A stretch of 44,845 bases of DNA from Clostridia bacterium. Its GTDB lineage: Bacteria; Bacillota; Clostridia; Oscillospirales; CAG-272. The translations under genes were made by a program, and so were the position numbers. The notes below the pieces were generated by a model. It was not told where the DNA came from, searched no databases, and saw only the letters and a program-made list of their open reading frames with translations. The stretch covers positions 1 to 44,845 of the forward strand of contig JAGBZV010000049.1 of NCBI GenBank assembly GCA_017628075.1. Reading direction: 5' to 3'. How positions within the stretch are numbered: the stretch's first letter is position 1; each line of letters starts with the position of its first letter. Positions 9,053 through 18,010 of the stretch are shown one piece after another.

Positions 9053-9216
9053 GAGGTGCTGCAAGCTCTTGCAACACCTCCCAGGAAGTTTCCCATGCCC
9101 CTCAGCTGAGGGGCATTTTCATGCGAAAATCGCTTGAAAAATCGGGAAATTCGGGCACTTTGTTCTCCCGGGCTGCCGCAAGCTTTCAACTTGCAGCAGC
9201 CCCGAATTTATTTTCT
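9053..9216 (+). repeat. Copy A of a ~160-bp modular hairpin-rich intergenic repeat (family also at 17713-17874 and 21254-21414)
   Basis: Direct alignment by eye: roughly 85-90% identity to copy C and about 80% to copy B across the core GAAGTTTCCC.TGCCCCTCAG..GAGGGGCATTTTCATGCGAAAATCGCTTGAAAA.TCGGGAAATTCGG plus the terminal hairpin GGGCTGCCGCAAG-CTTTCAA-CTTGCAGCAGCCC. Confidence 0.9.
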
Positions 9217-9235
9217 GCAAAAAGGAAAAAGAGGC

Positions 9236-9580
9236 TTACTGCGGCTGTGCGGGAGGATGCAGAACGATCATATCAATGCGCCCGCGTACGCGAAGACAGC
9301 CGTTCTGCACCACGTAGAGGCGCAGATCCCTTCCGCTGATGCGGAGCAGCGTAAAGCCGCATCGGTCGGGATCCTTCATCCGGAACAGAAGACAGTTCTC
9401 TTCGTAGGATAACAGCGTTTCGTAGCCCGTAATCGTCAGGGAGGCATCTCCCTGCAGCTCCATATACGGAACGCCGGAAAGCGCTCCCTCCGGGAATGAA
9501 AGTGCGTGCATGATCCTGCCGCGCAGCGTGCAGGCAACTCCGTTTTCTCCGGAGCGGGCTCTTTTTTTTCGTTCAGCCAT
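9236..9580 (-). CDS. YabP/YqfC family sporulation protein
   Basis: 114 aa from the ATG at 9580-9578 (GGGAGG RBS). ELQGDASLTITGYETLLSYEENCLLFRM...LRISGRDLRLYVVQNGCLRVRGRIDMIVL matches the YabP/YqfC beta-rich pattern. The longer 202-aa track ORF has no supported N-terminus. Confidence 0.7.
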   Translation of the reverse strand: MAERKKRARSGENGVACTLRGRIMHALSFPEGALSGVPYMELQGDASLTITGYETLLSYEENCLLFRMKDPDRCGFTLLRISGRDLRLYVVQNGCLRVRGRIDMIVLHPPAQPQ

Positions 9581-9644
9581 AAAAACGACCTCCCGTGCAT
9601 AGTATTTGACGTCAGTATATGAGAGGGGAGGAGGAAATACAACT

Positions 9645-10598
9645 GTGAGAGGTCGGATGCTTGGCGCGTCTGCACGGTACCGGGGAGGGCTTTCTCTGTA
9701 CGGGGGCGGATTATGTGCGGCGGCGCTGCTTTGTGCCGCGCTTTTGCTGTGGGATCCTGCGGTTGGTGCGGAGGGCGTCCGCATGGGGCTTTCCTTGTGT
9801 GCCGGTGCACTGATACCTGCGCTGTTTCCGTTTTTATGTATCACCCCGTTTTTATCCTACGTTACGGCACGAGCCGTCGGTGCGCGGACACTTGGCCGAT
9901 GGGGACGGCTTTTGTCCGTTTTCCTTATCGGAATGGTTGCAGGATTTCCCGTTGGCGCGATTGGGGCGGCAAGGCAGTATCGCTCGGGACTTCTTGAGAA
10001 GGAGGAGGCGGAGTGCTGTCTTGGACTTTGCGTCGGAGCATCGCCGGCGTTTCTCGTCGGGTATTTCGGAAATGCGCGGTGGGGAGATGTGCGCCTCGGC
10101 TGGTGGCGGTATGCGGCACAGGGTCTTCTGTGCGGTGCGGCGATGGCGGTGGTCTGTATGCACGGCAAGGTGCGCGGCGAGGCGTGGGGGAGCGGTGATG
10201 CTTTGACGACTCCGCCCCGCATTGCCGTGTGCATTGCGGATGCGGCGGAAGCGATGCTCGGTATTTGTGCGTCTGCGGTTTTTTTTACGGTGCTGAGAGG
10301 CTATTTGCACGGTCTGTTTCCTCCGCTTGGAGCACTTTTGCTTGGAGGCGCTGCGGAGCTTCTTGGCGGAATCTGTGAATGCAGGGCGGCTTTGGATACC
10401 GGACTTCTTGGAAGCGGTGCGGCGGTGTGCCTCAGCGCATTTATGATCGGCCTTGGAGGGGCTTCGGTCATGATGCAATGTGCTGCGGCCGCCGAGGAGG
10501 CGGGGCTTTCCATGCGTCGGTACGTGCAAATGCGGATCCTGTTGGCGCTCGGGCTTGCGGGTGCAGCCGCCGTTTTCTGTTGGATATGGGGGAGATAG
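9645..10598 (+). CDS. Integral membrane protein, YlbJ-like (nucleoside-recognition/Gate domain) sporulation membrane protein
   Basis: Polytopic, with GVRMGLSLCAGALIPALFPFLCI near the N-terminus as in YlbJ-type proteins. The GTG at 9645 lies after GGAGGAGG; an ATG at 9657 is an alternative. The family call is moderate. Confidence 0.5.
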   Translation: MRGRMLGASARYRGGLSLYGGGLCAAALLCAALLLWDPAVGAEGVRMGLSLCAGALIPALFPFLCITPFLSYVTARAVGARTLGRWGRLLSVFLIGMVAGFPVGAIGAARQYRSGLLEKEEAECCLGLCVGASPAFLVGYFGNARWGDVRLGWWRYAAQGLLCGAAMAVVCMHGKVRGEAWGSGDALTTPPRIAVCIADAAEAMLGICASAVFFTVLRGYLHGLFPPLGALLLGGAAELLGGICECRAALDTGLLGSGAAVCLSAFMIGLGGASVMMQCAAAAEEAGLSMRRYVQMRILLALGLAGAAAVFCWIWGR

Positions 10599-10601
10599 CG
10601 T

Positions 10602-11924
10602 ATGTATTGGCTTGAATTTTTCGGTGGAACGGAAACTGCGGTCGTTGAGGCCGGAATGAGGCGCACTTATACGTCACTTCTGCTTCGGTGTGGGATCCGT
10701 GCCCTCGGGATCCGGAATCTGCCCGACGGGAGGATCGAGTTCTGCTTGCGGCGGCGCGATATGCGTGCGCTGGAGCAAGTGGCGCTCGCGCGCGGACTTG
10801 TACCGCCGCAGCCGGAGATGTGCAGAGGCTTCCCGCGCGTGCTTGCGTTTCTGCGAAGGCGGCCGGGGGTGCTCGTGGGGGCGGCTCTTGCGGCAGGACT
10901 GATTGCGGCATCGTCCTTATTTGTGTGGCGGGTGGATATCGTTTGTCTGGATAACGCGCAGGGGGCGGCGGAGCGCGATCGGCTGGATCTCGATGAAGTG
11001 CGCCGCGTGCTGTCTGAGGGCGGGGTGGACGTTGGCTTGTTTTTGCCCTCGCTTGACGTGCGGGACGTGGAAAACAGGATCCTTGCAGGACAGAAGGAGA
11101 TCAGCTGGATGGCCATCAACCGGAGCGGAACGGTGCTGTCCGTGGAGGTGCGTCCCGCACACGTGCCGGACGTCGACCGGACGGAGGCTCTGCGTCCCGA
11201 GGAGGGGTATGCCGTCGGAACGAATCTCGTTGCAGACGGCGACGGACGGATCCTTTCGTTTTCCGTGCAGGGTGGGCAGACGGTGGTCAGCGCGGAGCAG
11301 ATGGTAACGGAGGGTACGCTTTTGGCGACGGGGATGTATACCTCGGAAACGGGAGATATTGTCGGAATGCGTGTGCACGGAGAGGTGCTTGCGGAAACGG
11401 TGAGAACGCTTTGTGCAGAGATCCCGCTTGTCAGAAGCAGCGCCATTCCCGTTGATGTGACACGCAGGGAATGGACGCTGGTGGCGTTTGGGAAACCGCT
11501 TCTCCACATCTCGTGGCCGCTTTTTGACGTTGGAGAAATCGTAACTTTTTTGCAAACTTTTCGTTTTTGGGATAAAAATGCTGGAATTTCCGGTGAGAAA
11601 TATGGTATAATAACAGATGAGACGATTTTGCAGGATCCGCCGAAGGCGATAACGCTTTGGGACGGTGTGCCGCTTCCGCTCGTGCTGCAAAGCGCCACGG
11701 TCCTCCAATGCACGGAGGAGCGTTACGTGCTGACGGAGGAGGAAGCCGCCGCTTGTGCGAAAAAGGTGCTGGATGGCGCAATGGCGGCGCTCGGTGCAAG
11801 GGAAATCCTTTCCTGCGAGGAATCGTTTTCATATCGGGATGACACCTTGTATGCGGTACGGTACGTATACTGCATTGATAACATTGCACGCGAGGAGGAG
11901 TTCCGCATCAAAACAGATCCGTAG
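10602..11924 (+). CDS. yqfD: Sporulation protein YqfD
   Basis: 440 aa, with an N-terminal soluble part, one TM helix (VLVGAALAAGLIAASSLFVW) near residue 90, then a long C-terminal domain. It lies immediately upstream of phoH-ybeY-era-recO, as in the Bacillus yqf operon. Confidence 0.7.
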   Translation: MYWLEFFGGTETAVVEAGMRRTYTSLLLRCGIRALGIRNLPDGRIEFCLRRRDMRALEQVALARGLVPPQPEMCRGFPRVLAFLRRRPGVLVGAALAAGLIAASSLFVWRVDIVCLDNAQGAAERDRLDLDEVRRVLSEGGVDVGLFLPSLDVRDVENRILAGQKEISWMAINRSGTVLSVEVRPAHVPDVDRTEALRPEEGYAVGTNLVADGDGRILSFSVQGGQTVVSAEQMVTEGTLLATGMYTSETGDIVGMRVHGEVLAETVRTLCAEIPLVRSSAIPVDVTRREWTLVAFGKPLLHISWPLFDVGEIVTFLQTFRFWDKNAGISGEKYGIITDETILQDPPKAITLWDGVPLPLVLQSATVLQCTEERYVLTEEEAAACAKKVLDGAMAALGAREILSCEESFSYRDDTLYAVRYVYCIDNIAREEEFRIKTDP

Positions 11925-11947
11925 GGTGAAAGGACGGCACCGCGCCG

Positions 11948-13003
11948 ATGCGCGCTGCACGAAATACTATGACAGAAACGACCATTTTGACCGATACGCT
12001 GGAGCAGACATCCGTTCTGTTCGGTGCGTACGATGCCAATATCAAGCCGCTTGAGCGCGCACTCGGCGTTACGGTGCTTGCCAAGGATACAATGAGCGCC
12101 GGAGGAAATGCCGTCGTGGTGCGCGGGGAGGATGACCAGGCTGTTCGCTTGGCCGCGGAGTGCCTTGAGTACGCACTGCGCATGGTTAAGCTCAACGGCG
12201 CGCTGACGGAGCAAAACATGGATTACGTAATCTCCATGGTGACAGCGGGGAAAAAGGAGGAGCTTGGTGCACTGGACGGCGACTGCATCTGCATTACGAC
12301 GCGCGGCAAGCCCATCAAGGCAAAGACCGTCGGACAGAAGCACTACGTCGATGCCATCCGAAAAAACACCGTCGTCCTCGGCCTTGGTCCGGCGGGAACC
12401 GGAAAAACGTTTCTTGCCGTAGCCATGGCGGTCAAGGCGCTGCGCGCAAAGGAGACCTCCCGCATCATTCTGACTCGACCTGCGGTGGAGGCGGGAGAGA
12501 GGCTGGGCTTTCTGCCGGGTGACCTGCAGACGAAGATCGATCCGTATTTGCGGCCGCTCTACGATGCGCTATACGAAATGCTCGGTCCGGAGACCTATCA
12601 GAAGCATCTTGAGCGCGGAACCATTGAGATTGCGCCGCTTGCCTATATGAGAGGAAGAACGCTGGACGATTCGTTTATTATCCTCGATGAAGCACAGAAC
12701 ACAAAGCCTGAGCAGATGAAAATGTTTCTGACGCGCCTTGGCTTCAATTCCAAGGCTGTCGTTACGGGTGATATCACACAGACGGACCTGCCTTCCGGAC
12801 AGAAATCCGGTCTTGCGGAGGCGGCCCGCGTGCTGGAGGGCATTGAGGATATTGCCATTCATCAATTTACGGAGAGAGACGTCGTGCGCCACAAGCTGGT
12901 GCAGCAGATCATTCTCGCCTATGAGAAATACGACAAGGAAAAGACAAAGCGGAGCAGCGGTGCACCCACAGAGGAGAAGCGCTACCGCTTTGACCGCAGA
13001 TAA
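11948..13003 (+). CDS. phoH: PhoH family ATPase (PhoH/YbeZ)
   Basis: [18 protein letters not shown] Walker A, and [35 protein letters not shown], the PhoH signature. An alternative start is at 11969. Confidence 0.92.
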   Translation: MRAARNTMTETTILTDTLEQTSVLFGAYDANIKPLERALGVTVLAKDTMSAGGNAVVVRGEDDQAVRLAAECLEYALRMVKLNGALTEQNMDYVISMVTAGKKEELGALDGDCICITTRGKPIKAKTVGQKHYVDAIRKNTVVLGLGPAGTGKTFLAVAMAVKALRAKETSRIILTRPAVEAGERLGFLPGDLQTKIDPYLRPLYDALYEMLGPETYQKHLERGTIEIAPLAYMRGRTLDDSFIILDEAQNTKPEQMKMFLTRLGFNSKAVVTGDITQTDLPSGQKSGLAEAARVLEGIEDIAIHQFTERDVVRHKLVQQIILAYEKYDKEKTKRSSGAPTEEKRYRFDRR

Positions 13004-13017
13004 AGGGAGAGACGAAT

Positions 13018-13515
13018 ATGAAGCATACCGTCTATACACGCAACGATCAGAAAAAAGAGCCGCTGACGCCTGCGGCGCGTGCGCTTGTGCGCCGTGCCGT
13101 TGCAGCTGCGCTGGAGCACGAGCACTTTTCCCGTGCGGCAGAGGTTTCGGTCACCTTCGTGGACGACGAGGCGATCCGGGAGCTCAACCGCGATTATCGG
13201 GGCAAGGATACCCCCACCGACGTGCTGTCGTTCCCACTCTATGAGGAGGAGGCGCTTGATGCGCTGATGCCCGTATCCCCGGACGACCGGGGGGCAGATA
13301 TCCCGGAGGCGATCGGCGATATCGTGATCTCCGTTGAGCGCGCACGCGCACAGGCGCAGACGTTTGGTCACTCCTTTGAGCGGGAGCTGGCATTCCTTGC
13401 GGTCCATTCCACCCTGCATCTGCTCGGCTATGACCACGAGCGCTCTCCCGAGGAGGATGCCGATCAAAGACGGCGCCAGGAGGAGATACTTTCCTCCATC
13501 GGTCAGAAGCGCTGA
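13018..13515 (+). CDS. ybeY: rRNA maturation endoribonuclease YbeY
   Basis: DVLSFPL and the zinc motif [12 protein letters not shown]. Confidence 0.93.
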   Translation: MKHTVYTRNDQKKEPLTPAARALVRRAVAAALEHEHFSRAAEVSVTFVDDEAIRELNRDYRGKDTPTDVLSFPLYEEEALDALMPVSPDDRGADIPEAIGDIVISVERARAQAQTFGHSFERELAFLAVHSTLHLLGYDHERSPEEDADQRRRQEEILSSIGQKR

Positions 13516-13546
13516 TATCCCAACATAAAAAACAACGTAAACAGAA

Positions 13547-14446
13547 ATGGAAATCACTATGAAGAAAACAGGCTTTATTGCCATTGTAGGCAAACCGAAC
13601 GTCGGAAAATCCACCCTTCTCAATACGATGCTTGGCGAAAAGATCGCCATCGTGTCGGACAAGCCGCAGACCACACGCAACCGCGTGACGGGTATTCTGA
13701 CACGGGACGATACGCAGTACGTCTTTATGGATACCCCCGGTATGCACAACCCCAAGAACAAGCTCGGCGACTTTATGATGCGTGCCGCAAACGATACCTT
13801 GACGGACGTGGACGCCGTTTTGTACGTCGTTGAGGCAGATAAGCATATCAGCCCTGCGGAGGAGCAGCTGATGGACAAGCTGTCCCGCGGCTCCATTCCC
13901 GCAATTCTCGTCATCAACAAGATCGACGCAGCAAACGGAGAGAAGGTCGGTCAGACCATTCAGCGCTTCTCTCAGCGCCACAACTTCCATGCCGTGATCC
14001 CGGTGTCTGCACTGAAGGACAAGGGCATTGAGATTATCTTCGATGAGCTGCAGCCGTTTATGAACGAATGTGAGGACTGGTTTTTCCCGGATGATATCAT
14101 CACCGACCAGCCCGAGCGTCAGATCGCAGCCGAGGTTATCCGCGAGAAGATCCTGCGCCTGACCAACGACGAGATCCCGCACGGCACGGCCGTTGTGATC
14201 GAGGCGTTTGAGGAAGGACGCGATCTGATCTCCATCCGTGCTGAAATCTTCTGCGAGCGCGAGTCGCATAAGGGCATCCTCATTGGAAAGCATGGGGTGA
14301 CGCTGAAGAAGATCGGCACATATGCAAGAGAGGATCTTGAGGCGTTTTTGGGCGTTAAGGTCTATTTGAACCTGTGGGTCAAGGTCAAGGAAAATTGGCG
14401 TGACAGTGCCGCACAGGTCGCCAACTTCGGCTTTATTGATGAATAA
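13547..14446 (+). CDS. era: GTPase Era
   Basis: GFIAIVGKPNVGKSTLLN (G1), DTPG (G3), NKID (G4) and a C-terminal KH domain region. A possible alternative start is ATG 13559. Confidence 0.95.
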   Translation: MEITMKKTGFIAIVGKPNVGKSTLLNTMLGEKIAIVSDKPQTTRNRVTGILTRDDTQYVFMDTPGMHNPKNKLGDFMMRAANDTLTDVDAVLYVVEADKHISPAEEQLMDKLSRGSIPAILVINKIDAANGEKVGQTIQRFSQRHNFHAVIPVSALKDKGIEIIFDELQPFMNECEDWFFPDDIITDQPERQIAAEVIREKILRLTNDEIPHGTAVVIEAFEEGRDLISIRAEIFCERESHKGILIGKHGVTLKKIGTYAREDLEAFLGVKVYLNLWVKVKENWRDSAAQVANFGFIDE

Positions 14447-15284
14447 GACACAGCCGGTATTGAATACGCGCGGTGTCGTTTTGCGCACGACGGACGTAGG
14501 GGAGCGGGACCGTATGCTCACGGTGCTGACCGCTGAGCACGGAAAGATTTCCGTCTTTGCGCGCGGTGTCCGCAAGATTACCTCCGGAGCACTGCCTGCA
14601 TGCCAGCTCTTTGCCTATGCGGATTTTACGCTGCGGCGCGCCTCACAGTACTGCTTTCTCAACGAAGCGACGATCAGGGAAACCTTTCTTGGAATATCCT
14701 CGACCATTGAGGGGGCGGCGCTTGCCTCCTACCTTTGTGAGGCGGCGGATGAGCTGACCTATGAGGGCGGCGATTCCGCACAGATGCTTCAGCTTCTGCT
14801 CAATACGCTGTGGACCATCTCCGCAGGCACACGCCCGCTGTTTTTGGTCAAGGGCGCATTTGAGCTGCGAGCAGCGGCCATTTCCGGATATCAGCCGGAT
14901 CTTGGCGGCTGTGCCGCGTGCGGATGTGAGACCGATCCGGCGGGGGACCGCTTTCTGCTTGACGTGATGAACGGACGGCTGATTTGCGGCGAATGCTACG
15001 ATACGCTGTATCGGGTGCACTTGGATATCGCGGCGGCGCACTTGCCGCCTAATGTGCCTTTGTGCGATGAGCACGGACAGCAGATCCTGTTCCGCCGTCT
15101 GAATACGTCTGCCCTGCGCGCAATGCAGTACGTGCTGTATACCGATCCGAAGCGGCAGTTTTCGTTTTCCGTGGAGGGGGAGGGGATCCTTTTGTTCCGC
15201 GATGCGTGCGAAACGTACCTCCTGCACCATGTCGGCCACGGCTATAAAACGCTGTCGTTTTACAAATCTCTGGAAACTTTGTAA
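14439..15284 (+). CDS. recO: DNA repair protein RecO
   Basis: NTRGVVLRTTDVGERDRMLTVLTAEHGKISVFARGVRK is the RecO OB-fold N-terminus, with a Cys cluster CAACG...CGEC. The ATG at 14439 overlaps the era stop by 8 nt; I prefer this start over the track start at 14400. Confidence 0.88.
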   Translation: MNKTQPVLNTRGVVLRTTDVGERDRMLTVLTAEHGKISVFARGVRKITSGALPACQLFAYADFTLRRASQYCFLNEATIRETFLGISSTIEGAALASYLCEAADELTYEGGDSAQMLQLLLNTLWTISAGTRPLFLVKGAFELRAAAISGYQPDLGGCAACGCETDPAGDRFLLDVMNGRLICGECYDTLYRVHLDIAAAHLPPNVPLCDEHGQQILFRRLNTSALRAMQYVLYTDPKRQFSFSVEGEGILLFRDACETYLLHHVGHGYKTLSFYKSLETL

Positions 15285-15308
15285 CCGAAAATTAAAAGGA
15301 ATATCACC

Positions 15309-17708
15309 ATGGCAACTTTTGAAAAAGCAATCGGAACGCTGGAATTTGACCGCGTTCTGGAGCAGCTTGCGGCCGCTGCGCAGACCGAGGGCGCAAAGGA
15401 GCGGGCAATGCGCGTTATACCGCAGACCTCTCTTTCGCGCATTCGCAGGCTGCAGGGGCAGACCTCCGATGCCCGGAAACTGATGGGCGTGAAGGGTACA
15501 CCGCCCTTCGGCGGAGTGACCGACATCACCGGTCACATCGACCGTGCCGAAAAGGGTGCTCCCCTGTCACCCGCAGAGCTTTTACGTGTGGCAAACGTTC
15601 TGCGTACGGCACGGATGCTGAACGATTATATCAATACGGACAAGCGCTTTGAAACCTCGCTTGACGAGATCTTTGACAGACTCACGCCGAATCGCTATCT
15701 GGAGGATCGAATCACGAAATCCATCCTTGCGGAGGATCTGATCGCGGACGAGGCGAGTCCCGCGCTTGCGGAGATCCGCCGGAAGATCCGTTCCGCCAAC
15801 GGCAGAATCAAGGAATCTCTGCAGAGGTACACGTCCGGTCAGAATTACTCCAAATATCTGCAGGAGAATATCGTCACGCAGAGAAACGGCCGCTACGTCG
15901 TTCCCGTCAAGGCGGAATACCGCAATGAGATCAAGGGCCTCGTGCACGACACCTCTGCCTCGGGAGCAACGCTGTTTATCGAGCCGCTGTCTGTTGTGGA
16001 AGCGAACAACGAGCTGCGTTTTCTTTACAACCAGGAAAAGAAGGAAATTGAGCGCGTGCTGGAGGAGCTGTCGCAGGCCGTTGCTGACTGCGCGTCCGCA
16101 CTCTCCCTGAACTATCACAATATAACGGAGCTTGCGTTTGTATTTGCAAAGGCAGAGCTCTCCTTTCGGATGAACGCCGCAGAGCCGCAGCTGAACGAGG
16201 ATGGCATCATCGATCTCAAGCGCGCCCGCCATCCGCTTCTCGATGCAAAAACCGTTGTTCCCATCGATATCCGATTGGGTGGCGATTTTGATACGCTCGT
16301 CATCACCGGTCCCAATACCGGCGGTAAGACGGTATCTCTGAAAACGCTCGGTCTGTTTGCGCTGATGGCGCAGTCCGGTCTTCATATTCCGGTTTCCGGC
16401 GAATCCCGGATTTGCGTGTTTGACAAGATCTTTGCCGATATTGGCGACGAGCAGTCCATCGAGCAGTCGCTGTCAACGTTTTCCGCACACATGACCAATA
16501 TCGTGTCTATTCTGGCGGAGATCACGCCGGATTCGCTCGTGCTCTTTGATGAGCTTGGTGCCGGTACGGACCCGGTCGAGGGTGCGGCGCTGGCGGTTTC
16601 CGTGCTGGAGCACGTGCGTGCGGTCGGCGCACGCTGTGCTGCAACGACGCACTATGCGGAGCTGAAGGCATTTGCACTTGATACCCCCGGTGTGTGCAAC
16701 GCATCGTGTGAATTCGATATCGGAACGCTCCGTCCAACGTACCGTCTGATCATCGGTACGCCCGGCAAGTCCAATGCGTTTGCAATTTCTGCAAAGCTCG
16801 GCTTGCCCGAGGAGATCATTGCGCGTGCCAATGCGCTGGTGTCACAGGAAAACAAGCGCTTTGAAACGGTCATTGAGCAGCTTGAGGTCAACCGCATCGA
16901 AATGGAGCGCAACGCCGATGAAACGGCCCGTATGCGCCGCGAATACGAGCAGATGCGTGCACAGGCCGATGCTGAGATCAAAAAGAACCGCGAAAATGCG
17001 GAGCGGGAGCTGGAGCGCGCGCGCGCGCAGGCTGCCAATATCGTTGCATCCGCAAAGGCGTCCTCGGAATATATTTTTGCGCAGATTGAGGAGCTCAAGC
17101 GCAAGAAGGAGAGCGAGAATCTTGCGCGGGAGCTGGACGAAGCACGGCGGCGCATCCGTGTCAATCTGAAGGAATCCGATGCGTTTATTGATCCCATCGT
17201 TAAGCGGGATGCGGAGGGCTACCGTCTTCCCAGACCGCTGAAGGTCGGTGATTCTGTAATTTTGGTCAATCTTGATATGCAGGGAAAGGTGACGGCACTT
17301 GCTGACCGCGACGGTATGATTGCAGTACAGGCAGGCGTCATCAAGACCAAGGTCCGTGAATCCGAGCTGATGCTCGTGGACGGAAAGCAGGTGCAGATCA
17401 AGGAAAATCCCCGCACGCCGAAAATGGCAACGCAGAAATCCGTGCGTGCCGCAGTGGTGCGCGAATTCCGTCCGGAGCTGGATCTTCGCGGTGAATATAC
17501 CGACGACGCCTGGCTGAAAACGGACAAATATCTGGACGATGCCGCACTTGCAGGCATCAAATCCGTGACGCTCATTCACGGAAAGGGCACGGGCGCCCTT
17601 CGTAAGGTCCTGTGGGAAAAGCTCAAAAAGGATGCGCGCGTGCGATCCTATCGCGCCGGTGCATACGGCGAGGGCGATTACGGCGTTACCGTCGTGGATC
17701 TGAAATAA
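15309..17708 (+). CDS. mutS2: Endonuclease MutS2 (MutS domain V ATPase plus C-terminal Smr domain)
   Basis: 799 aa, with ITGPNTGGKTVSLKTLGL Walker A, DELGAGTDP, a Glu/Arg-rich coiled coil and a C-terminal Smr domain (LDLRGEY...IHGKGTGALR). Confidence 0.95.
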   Translation: MATFEKAIGTLEFDRVLEQLAAAAQTEGAKERAMRVIPQTSLSRIRRLQGQTSDARKLMGVKGTPPFGGVTDITGHIDRAEKGAPLSPAELLRVANVLRTARMLNDYINTDKRFETSLDEIFDRLTPNRYLEDRITKSILAEDLIADEASPALAEIRRKIRSANGRIKESLQRYTSGQNYSKYLQENIVTQRNGRYVVPVKAEYRNEIKGLVHDTSASGATLFIEPLSVVEANNELRFLYNQEKKEIERVLEELSQAVADCASALSLNYHNITELAFVFAKAELSFRMNAAEPQLNEDGIIDLKRARHPLLDAKTVVPIDIRLGGDFDTLVITGPNTGGKTVSLKTLGLFALMAQSGLHIPVSGESRICVFDKIFADIGDEQSIEQSLSTFSAHMTNIVSILAEITPDSLVLFDELGAGTDPVEGAALAVSVLEHVRAVGARCAATTHYAELKAFALDTPGVCNASCEFDIGTLRPTYRLIIGTPGKSNAFAISAKLGLPEEIIARANALVSQENKRFETVIEQLEVNRIEMERNADETARMRREYEQMRAQADAEIKKNRENAERELERARAQAANIVASAKASSEYIFAQIEELKRKKESENLARELDEARRRIRVNLKESDAFIDPIVKRDAEGYRLPRPLKVGDSVILVNLDMQGKVTALADRDGMIAVQAGVIKTKVRESELMLVDGKQVQIKENPRTPKMATQKSVRAAVVREFRPELDLRGEYTDDAWLKTDKYLDDAALAGIKSVTLIHGKGTGALRKVLWEKLKKDARVRSYRAGAYGEGDYGVTVVDLK

Positions 17709-17712
17709 AGCG

Positions 17713-17874
17713 CCTCGGGCTGTTGCACTTACGTGCCCAAGCCCCATAGAAGTTTCCCTTGCCCCTCAGTGAAGGTGCAGTTTCATGCGAAAATCGTTTG
17801 AAAACCGGGGAATTCGGGTCCCTTTGTGACCCGGGGTTGTTGCAAGCTTTCAACTTGCAACAACCCCTTTTTTT
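17713..17874 (+). repeat. Copy B of the ~160-bp modular repeat; it ends in a strong intrinsic terminator
   Basis: It shares the core GAAGTTTCCCTTGCCCCTCAG...TTTCATGCGAAAATCGTTTGAAAACCGGGGAATTCGGG. The terminal hairpin GGGGTTGTTGCAAG-CTTTCAA-CTTGCAACAACCCC is perfect and followed by T7. It starts 5 nt after the mutS2 stop. Confidence 0.9.
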
Positions 17875-18010
17875 GCAGTTATGTGAAAAAAATTGGTAAA
17901 ACCTCTTTTCAAACGCCGCATTATCTGTTATAATAATAGGTGACGGAGGTCCTGCAGCGTCGTGGGATCGAAGAACGAATACATAACGAATACGTAAGGA
18001 GAAGTTTATT

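Noticed and set aside
7402-9189. 595-aa minus-strand ORF, the longest ORF in this region
   Set aside because: It is entirely antisense to the well-supported yaaT/PSP1 gene and to the holB 3' end, and it is low complexity (Arg/Ser/Ala/Leu-rich) with no recognisable domain. Its N-terminus lies inside repeat copy A. This is a typical GC-driven shadow ORF.
9080-9189. Minus-strand peptide similarity across the three repeats (..FKRFSHENAP.LRG.GNF.GG..)
   Set aside because: There is no shared start codon or stop. The similarity simply mirrors nucleotide identity, and substitutions in the stems are compensatory at the RNA/DNA level rather than conservative at the protein level.
9121-9339. Plus-strand small ORF starting MRKSLEK inside the repeat, with a good GAGGGG RBS; equivalent ATGs at 17785 and 21324
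   Set aside because: The ORF is 72 aa in copy A, 14 aa in copy B and about 90 aa in copy C. A 1-nt indel shifts the frame between A and C, and the tails run into antisense of neighbouring genes. Conservation is at nucleotide and structure level, not peptide level.
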